Assembly (NCBI GenBank): GCA_965220925.1
Contig: OZ244851.1
Coordinates: forward strand, 1,426,854-1,490,853
Direction: 5' to 3'
Source: Thermodesulfobacteriota bacterium
GTDB taxonomy: Bacteria; Desulfobacterota_D; UBA1144; Nemesobacterales; Nemesobacteraceae
DNA: 64,000 bases
In this document: positions 58,116-64,000 of the stretch, piece by piece
Layout: each line of letters starts with the position of its first letter
How positions within the stretch are numbered: the first letter of the stretch is position 1
Notes under the pieces: generated by a model
Told to the model about the DNA's origin: nothing
The model's input: only the letters and a program-made list of their open reading frames with translations
The model's database searches: none
Made by a program: the position numbers and the translations under genes

Positions 58116-58976
58116 TTATAGCCTATTTATATCTCTGTGTCTAATGATGGCCGGGTACCGCGAAAGACGATTCCCCAAAGCCTCCACTATGGCCACCGAG
58201 CGGTGCTTGCCTCCCGTGCACCCGATTCCCAAGGTTAAATAAGATTTTCCTTCTTGAGAGTATTTCGGGATTAAAAAATCGAGAAAATCACACAGTTTTT
58301 CCAGAAATTCCCCCGAAGCCTTGTCCGAAGCGACGAAATCCGCGATTTTCTTTCTAGTACCGTCGAGGTCTTTTAGGGACTCGTTAAAATAGGGATTTTT
58401 CAGAAAACGAATATCGAAAACCAAATCGGCGTCTTCGGGAACTCCATGCTTGTAGCCAAAAGAGAGAAAAGTAAGAATCGGAGTCTTTTTTCCTTCCCTA
58501 CCGGCGATTGCGGTTATTAAATTTCTTAGATCGTGGACGCTGAGGGTGGTCGTGTCCACCAGATGTTCGCAGAGTTTACGCATGCTACGAAGAATGCGTT
58601 TCTCCTCCGAAATTCCCTCCATCAAGGTTTTCCGGTCTCCGAGAGGATGGATTCTCCTTGTCTCCTTGTATCTTTTAACAAGCGTCTCGTCGGAGCACTC
58701 GAGAAAAATCAGATCAACTCTTTCGACGGATTCCCTTATTTTGTTCAGCGTCTTTTCAAAATCACTGAGAGTGTCCCGCACAGGCGTTCGTATATCGAAG
58801 ACTACGACTAATTCTTTGATGTGCGAAAGAGATTTTTCGCAAAGATCTATAAAGGAGAAAAGAAGTTCCGGGGGTGGATTGTCGACGCAGAAAAAACCTA
58901 AATCTTCAAGTGCTTTCGCCGCCGTACTTTTTCCGGAGCCCGAAAGTCCGCTTACTATTATCGCTCGTTTCATCAT
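58116..58976 (-). CDS. rapZ: RNase adapter protein RapZ (YhbJ, P-loop)
   Basis: Walker A IVSGLSGSGKSTA. C-terminal RapZ domain. 4-nt overlap with hprK. Confidence 0.85.
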   Translation of the reverse strand: MMKRAIIVSGLSGSGKSTAAKALEDLGFFCVDNPPPELLFSFIDLCEKSLSHIKELVVVFDIRTPVRDTLSDFEKTLNKIRESVERVDLIFLECSDETLVKRYKETRRIHPLGDRKTLMEGISEEKRILRSMRKLCEHLVDTTTLSVHDLRNLITAIAGREGKKTPILTFLSFGYKHGVPEDADLVFDIRFLKNPYFNESLKDLDGTRKKIADFVASDKASGEFLEKLCDFLDFLIPKYSQEGKSYLTLGIGCTGGKHRSVAIVEALGNRLSRYPAIIRHRDINRL

Positions 58977-59902
58977 TCCTGATAAGTGGATGGAATCTCT
59001 ACGCTTCCACCAGCTTCTTTCAGTATCTGATTTCGTACCGCAACGTCTATTACCGATGCCATATTTCTGCCCGGACTCACCGGAAGTACCGTGTAAGGAA
59101 GCTTGACGTCAAGTATGGAGTAAGTTTTCGTATCCATGCCCAACCGGTCGTATTCCGTTTTCGAATCCCAAAAGTCAAGCTCTATAACCATTTCGATTTC
59201 CCTTTTCTCCATAACGCATGTGGTTCCAAAAAGATCCTTTATGTTCACTATGCCTATACCCCTTACCTCCATCAGGTACCGTATGTTTTCCGGACCCACT
59301 CCCAAAAGTTTGTGCGAACCTATTTTATGTATCTCGACCACATCGTCGGCGATTAACTTGGATCCCTGTATTATGAGATCGATCGCGCATTCACTTTTCC
59401 CGATTCCGCTTTTTCCAAGGATCAAAACTCCCTTGTTGTGTACGTCCAGGAGTACTCCGTGAACCGTAATTCGCGTCGCGAATTCCTCCGCGAGCACCTC
59501 GTTTAAAATCGTTATAAGCTTTCCGGTGCTTACAGTCGTGGTAAAAAGCGATATATTTTTCTTTTCGAAATATTCGATAAAGGATTTTTCCGGAAGAAAT
59601 CCTTTTGAGATAATGAAGCAGGGAACGTCGTTTGAAAGAAGCTTTTTGAGCAGTTTTCCTCTGGATTCGCCCGGAAGTCCGTTTATATAAGAAATTTCGG
59701 TTCTGCCAAGCACCTGTATACTTCCGCGCTCAAGCTCTATTTCCGTTTCGATTATCCTTAATCCGGGTTTTTTCGCGTTCGGTGAAATTATCCGCCTTTC
59801 AAATCCCGTTTCTCCGCAAAGCGGTTCGAGAGATAGTTCTTCTCTGAATTTACCGTAAAAAGTCCCGACCTCAAGACCGTGCTTATCCTCAGAGCTTTCC
59901 AC
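58973..59902 (-). CDS. hprK: HPr kinase/phosphorylase
   Basis: P-loop GVLILGKSGIGKSECAIDLI and signature region LEVRGIGIVNI. Confidence 0.85.
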   Translation of the reverse strand: MESSEDKHGLEVGTFYGKFREELSLEPLCGETGFERRIISPNAKKPGLRIIETEIELERGSIQVLGRTEISYINGLPGESRGKLLKKLLSNDVPCFIISKGFLPEKSFIEYFEKKNISLFTTTVSTGKLITILNEVLAEEFATRITVHGVLLDVHNKGVLILGKSGIGKSECAIDLIIQGSKLIADDVVEIHKIGSHKLLGVGPENIRYLMEVRGIGIVNIKDLFGTTCVMEKREIEMVIELDFWDSKTEYDRLGMDTKTYSILDVKLPYTVLPVSPGRNMASVIDVAVRNQILKEAGGSVEIPSTYQE

Positions 59903-59924
59903 TTTTCTCCTTTATATACGCGGC

Positions 59925-60470
59925 TCAGGGGGTAAGTAGTCCCACCTTTTTTGAATCGGTTTTCTTGTATACCACGTTCATTTCCAGGGTCTCGCTATTT
60001 CGAAACGCCACGAAACTGTTTTCTGAAGCGTCAAGTTGCATCAGGGCCTCGGAAACACTCATCGGTTTGGGGTTTAGAAACTGATGGTCGACTCTCAGAT
60101 CGTTTTTTTCTTCCTCGGCTCTCTCTTCGCGAGCGGCGGAAGGAGCCTTCGGCGGACGTCTTCTTCGAAGAGTAAGCTTCTTGTCGGTTCTTCTTCGAAG
60201 TTGTTTTATTATCGTGTCGAAAAGCTTGTCTATGGCCGAGTGCATTTCCTCGGTTTGCACCGAGGCCGCCGCCTTCATCGAACCCGCGCTGATTGTTATT
60301 TCCGCGTTGTTTCTGAGTTTTTCCGCCGAAAGAACTATTCTCGCCTCCGAAGGGTTTCTATCCGGATCTATGTATCTGTTGAGCTTGGGCATTTTCTTCA
60401 TCGCGTAGCGCTTGAGGTGTTCCGATCTTCTTCTGTCGGGGATGTTTTTTGTGATAATGTTGATCCTCAT
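59925..60470 (-). CDS. hpf: Ribosome hibernation promoting factor, long form
   Basis: N-terminal S30AE domain (MRINIITKNI...) and C-terminal dimerisation extension. 181 aa. Downstream of rpoN. Confidence 0.85.
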   Translation of the reverse strand: MRINIITKNIPDRRRSEHLKRYAMKKMPKLNRYIDPDRNPSEARIVLSAEKLRNNAEITISAGSMKAAASVQTEEMHSAIDKLFDTIIKQLRRRTDKKLTLRRRRPPKAPSAAREERAEEEKNDLRVDHQFLNPKPMSVSEALMQLDASENSFVAFRNSETLEMNVVYKKTDSKKVGLLTP

Positions 60471-60473
60471 TGA

Positions 60474-61895
60474 TTAAACCTCCTTTGAAAGTCTTTTTGA
60501 TGAATTCGGTATGCCGAGTGTTTTTCTGTACTTTGCGATCGTTCTTCTGGCGACCTTTATATCTTTCATGGAAAGTATTCTGGATATATCTTCATCCGAA
60601 AATGCGCATTGCGCCGGCTCATCTTCGATTATTTCTCTGACCATCGATTTTATCTTCTCCAAAGAAAGTTTTTTTCCGTTTGAAGTGTGAACTCCTCTTG
60701 AAAAAAGTTTTTTGAGCTCTATGACGCCTTGGGGACACTGTATGTACTTTCCGCTGGTTATACGGCTCACGGTCGATTCGTGAATCCCGACGGTATCGGC
60801 CACATCTTTAAGCTTAAGCGGTTTTATGTAAGCCGTTCCATGATCGAAAAATTCTTTTTGTTCAGTCACGATTTTCTCAATTACTTTCCGCATCGTCGCT
60901 TCCCTCTCCTCTATGCACTTTACTATTCGCTGAGCGACCTCGATTTTCTCGCGAAGGTAAGCCGTGGCTTCTCCCGTAAGATTCTTACGGTCGGCGAGAA
61001 TTTTTCTGCAGTAAGAACTTATTTTTAGTCTCGGGAAGTTTCTGTTGGACTGAGTCTGCAGGTCGTCTCCCACTTTGTAAACGTAAAAGTCGGGAATTAC
61101 GTTTCTAGCGGCGTCTTTGGCGTAATAAGGACGCCCGGGCTTGGGTTCAAGAGAGGTTATTACGGCTTCGACTTCCAGTATTTTGTCTTTGTCGGTATTG
61201 AGCTTCTCGCAGATATTTTCATAGTTTTTTCTTCCGAGGTCGTCAATATGGTTTTTCACCACGCGCGCGAGCAGGCTTTTTTGATCGTAACCGAGTTCAA
61301 GAACCTGAGCCTCGAGACATTCCGAAACAGATCGCGATCCGATTCCCACGGGATCGAAAGTAGTGCGGATTTTTCGGGCGACTTCGGATACCTCTTTCAA
61401 GGCGTTTTTTGCGTCTGTCTTGAATTTCTCCTCGTCGATTATCTCCGCAATTTCCTCAAATTCGATTTCCAGATAACCGTCTTCGTTTATGTTTCCGATA
61501 ATAAGCGAAGCTATTTGTTTTTGCCGCTCGCTTAAGTCCGTCATGGAGAGTTGCCAGTTTAAGTGTTCGAAAAGAGAATCTTGTTTCGGAATCCGGCTTT
61601 CCCAGGAAACCGCTTCCCCCTCCTCCACGAAAAATCCCTCGGACGCGTTGTAGTAAGTCTGCTCGTAATCAAGTTTATCGAGGAGTTCATCTTCCTGTTC
61701 TTTTTTTTCCGTCTCGCCGGATGAATCAATATCTTCTTCAAGAGCCGGATTTTCTATGAGCTGCTCTTCAAGATATTCTTTGAGTTCAACGGTGTTCATC
61801 TGCACCAAGTTCAAAAAAAGCTTAAGGTGCTGCGTGAGTATTAGTTTCTGTTTCTGCGCTACGTTTAAAGTCTGCGCGAGAGTAACTCCTTTCAT
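60474..61895 (-). CDS. rpoN: RNA polymerase sigma-54 factor
   Basis: C-terminal RpoN box ARRTIAKYRKTLGIPNSSKR, HTH, and an acidic region II. Confidence 0.9.
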   Translation of the reverse strand: MKGVTLAQTLNVAQKQKLILTQHLKLFLNLVQMNTVELKEYLEEQLIENPALEEDIDSSGETEKKEQEDELLDKLDYEQTYYNASEGFFVEEGEAVSWESRIPKQDSLFEHLNWQLSMTDLSERQKQIASLIIGNINEDGYLEIEFEEIAEIIDEEKFKTDAKNALKEVSEVARKIRTTFDPVGIGSRSVSECLEAQVLELGYDQKSLLARVVKNHIDDLGRKNYENICEKLNTDKDKILEVEAVITSLEPKPGRPYYAKDAARNVIPDFYVYKVGDDLQTQSNRNFPRLKISSYCRKILADRKNLTGEATAYLREKIEVAQRIVKCIEEREATMRKVIEKIVTEQKEFFDHGTAYIKPLKLKDVADTVGIHESTVSRITSGKYIQCPQGVIELKKLFSRGVHTSNGKKLSLEKIKSMVREIIEDEPAQCAFSDEDISRILSMKDIKVARRTIAKYRKTLGIPNSSKRLSKEV

Positions 61896-62157
61896 CTTAA
61901 GTGATTCTTCTCCTTATTCACTTTCAAAACTCCCCGTAACAAACCCGCTTAACGTCAATTATAACAGCATTTGATCCCTATTTTAATTTTCGTCTTTTTT
62001 CGGGAACCGTAAAATATCAATAAAAACATCGCGCGCGGCGGGATGGTATTTATAGACGTTAAACCGACCTATGGGTCGCTTGCCGGGAGCTTTATGATCG
62101 AATATTTTTAATCGCGGCGGGTATTTTAATTGCCCGGGCGCTGTTATTGTTTCTGAT

Positions 62158-62379
62158 ATGAATGTGACGGAAATTGCGAGAATAATAATTATCTCCGGAG
62201 CCATACTTATAGCGGTTGGAGTAGTCCTTCCCTATTTGGCGAAGCTTAATTTCTTGGGGAAGCTTCCGGGAGATATAAAGATTGAGAGGGAAAATTTCAG
62301 CTTCTATTTCCCGCTTGCCACTTGCGTAATACTAAGCGTGGTGCTTACGCTTTTAGTGAAAGTTTTTTTCAAAAAATAG
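62158..62379 (+). CDS. DUF2905-like small membrane protein
   Basis: Two TM helices flanking LPGDIKIERENFSFYFP, the typical DUF2905 pattern. Confidence 0.5.
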   Translation: MNVTEIARIIIISGAILIAVGVVLPYLAKLNFLGKLPGDIKIERENFSFYFPLATCVILSVVLTLLVKVFFKK

Positions 62380-62404
62380 CCGAAACGGCGGAAGAGGAAG
62401 AAGG

Positions 62405-63034
62405 TTAAAGATTTGTCGCTTTTTCCGGAATAACCCAGCTTCTTTCTCCAGCGAAAAGCGCTTCGTATTTTTCTATACTTGCTTCCAGTTCCAAGGTCTG
62501 CGATATGTCGTCGAGCCCTTCGAGAAGCACTTTTCTTTTAAAGTCGTCTATTTCAAACGAAAAATTAATTCCTCCGTCTCCGTTGACGGATTTTTCTACC
62601 AGATCGACTTCAAGAGAATAACCTTCGTTCTCACTTACCAGGCCGAAGAGTTCTTTTGTTCTTTCGGCGGAAATAACTATGGGAAGGATTGAATTTTTGA
62701 AGCAGTTGTTATAGAAAATATCGGCGAATGAAGGGGCAAGAATCACTCGAAATCCCGCTTCTCGTATCGCCCACGGAGCATGCTCTCTCGAGCTTCCGCT
62801 TCCGAAATTGTCCCTGGTCAGCAGTATTTTCGCTCCCGAGTATCTGGGAAAATTAAGTTCGAAGCTCTCGTTTAGCGTTCCGTCTTCGTTGTACTTCCAG
62901 TCGAAAAAAAGAAATTCTCCGAATCCCGTCCTCTCGATGCGTTTTAAGAACTGCTTGGGGATTATCTGGTCGGTATCGACGTTCATTCTGTCAAGCGCGG
63001 CAACCTTTCCCGATATCCTGCTAAGTTTTTCCAT
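62405..63034 (-). CDS. leuD: 3-isopropylmalate dehydratase small subunit
   Basis: Aconitase swivel domain motif DNFGSGSSREHAPWAI. Confidence 0.85.
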   Translation of the reverse strand: MEKLSRISGKVAALDRMNVDTDQIIPKQFLKRIERTGFGEFLFFDWKYNEDGTLNESFELNFPRYSGAKILLTRDNFGSGSSREHAPWAIREAGFRVILAPSFADIFYNNCFKNSILPIVISAERTKELFGLVSENEGYSLEVDLVEKSVNGDGGINFSFEIDDFKRKVLLEGLDDISQTLELEASIEKYEALFAGERSWVIPEKATNL

Positions 63035-63036
63035 TC

Positions 63037-64000
63037 TCAGATTTCCTTTTCAATCTCCCACTCGCGCACATCCACGAAATGTCCCGTGACCGCCGCCGCC
63101 GCGGCCATTATCGGGCTTACAAGATGAGTTCTTCCCCCTTTGCCTTGGCGTCCCTCGAAATTTCTGTTGGATGTGCTGGCGCATCTTTCCCCGGGGGCGA
63201 GTATGTCGGGGTTCATCCCGAGACACATGCTGCATCCGGATTCTCGCCACTCGAATCCGGCTTCGATAAATATCTTCTCAAGCTCCATTTCTTCGGCTTT
63301 TTTCTTTACCATCTGAGAGCCCGGAACGATCATGGCGTTTACTCCGTCGGCCACTTTTTTCCCTTTTATAAGCTTCGCCACAGCCGTAAGATCTTCAATT
63401 CTGGAATTGGTGCACGAACCTATGAAAACTCTGTCGACGCGTATATCGGTTATGGGGGTATTAGCTTTAAGACCCATGTATTCAAGCGCCTGCTCCATCG
63501 ATTTTCTCTCGCTTTCGTCTTCGCACGTCCCGGGATCCGGAACCCGTGAGGTTACATTCGTCACCATTCCCGGATTGGTTCCCCAGCTTACCTGCGGAGC
63601 CATTTCGTAAGCGTCTAGAGATATTGACTTGTCAAACACCGCGTCGGGATCGGTACGAAGCGTTTTCCAGTGAGAAAGAGCGGTTTCGTAATTTGCGTTT
63701 TTGGGCGAGTAGCGGCGGTTTTTTACGTAGTCGAAGGTTTTTCGGTCGGGGGCTATCATTCCGGCTCTGGCTCCCGCCTCTATGGACATATTGCATATGG
63801 TCATTCTCTCTTCCATGGAAAGTTCTTCTATGGCTTCCCCGCGATATTCAACCACCGTTCCGGTGGCTCCCGCGGTTCCTATACGTCCTATTATCCCGAG
63901 AATTATATCCTTGGCGGTAACGCCGTACTGACGCTTCCCATCCACTTTTATTTCGAATACCTTCGGGCGATTTTGTCTCAAGCACTGCGTAGCTAAAACA
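63037..64000 (-). CDS. leuC: 3-isopropylmalate dehydratase large subunit (C-terminal part; N-terminus beyond the window end)
   Basis: Aconitase-family Fe-S cluster ligand region ([24 protein letters not shown]). Continues past position 64000. Confidence 0.85.
   Translation of the reverse strand, partial: VLATQCLRQNRPKVFEIKVDGKRQYGVTAKDIILGIIGRIGTAGATGTVVEYRGEAIEELSMEERMTICNMSIEAGARAGMIAPDRKTFDYVKNRRYSPKNANYETALSHWKTLRTDPDAVFDKSISLDAYEMAPQVSWGTNPGMVTNVTSRVPDPGTCEDESERKSMEQALEYMGLKANTPITDIRVDRVFIGSCTNSRIEDLTAVAKLIKGKKVADGVNAMIVPGSQMVKKKAEEMELEKIFIEAGFEWRESGCSMCLGMNPDILAPGERCASTSNRNFEGRQGKGGRTHLVSPIMAAAAAVTGHFVDVREWEIEKEI

Overview
This is a 64 kb chromosomal stretch of a Gram-negative-type bacterium with roughly 50% GC, densely packed with genes on both strands and mostly core metabolism. 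No integrase, transposase, CRISPR array or recognisable defence genes were found. All gene calls rest on motif-level recognition of the six-frame translations, not on database searches.

Recognisable modules, in window order:
- Heme synthesis: hemH (partial at the window start), hemY, and hemB further along.
- A minus-strand gene array: CDC48-like double-AAA ATPase, pilD, two unknowns, then obg.
- recF on its own, with a direct repeat in its promoter.
- A glyoxylate-shunt operon: malate synthase, then a long (757 aa) isocitrate lyase carrying the KKCGH signature, then a co-transcribed outer-membrane beta-barrel candidate, followed by mgtE.
- A late-step futalosine (menaquinone) cluster: UbiA-like prenyltransferase, UbiX-like, UbiD-like, then an MqnC/MqnE-type radical SAM enzyme.
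- Two tandem, partly gene-converted SAM methyltransferase paralogs.
- htpG, acpH and a GST.
- A butyryl-CoA-type beta-oxidation operon (acd, hbd, crt, thl).
- A CDGSH iron-sulfur protein, a thioredoxin-like protein and glnS.
- A run of purU, a MoxR-type AAA ATPase, a VWA protein and a PhzF-family protein.
- The classic rpoN-hpf-hprK-rapZ-EIIA(Man) regulatory module.
- leuD and leuC (partial at the window end).

Six tRNAs were found: Thr-CGU, Pro-UGG, Arg-UCU, His-GUG, Cys-GCA and Leu-UAA.

The most accessory-looking locus lies just after the tRNA-Cys/tRNA-Leu pair (53.2-56.4 kb). It contains:
- a large secreted HExxH (leishmanolysin-like HEIIHGLGF) metalloprotease with near-identical 306-bp tandem Calx-beta-like repeats and a C-terminal Gly-run/TM/basic sorting-signal-like tail;
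- an adjacent small secreted protein;
- an intergenic region with a perfect 14-bp palindrome, an A7 tract, a G12 homopolymer and an orphan intrinsic terminator, which is a possible phase-variable switch or sRNA;
- a tiny, extremely acidic protein.
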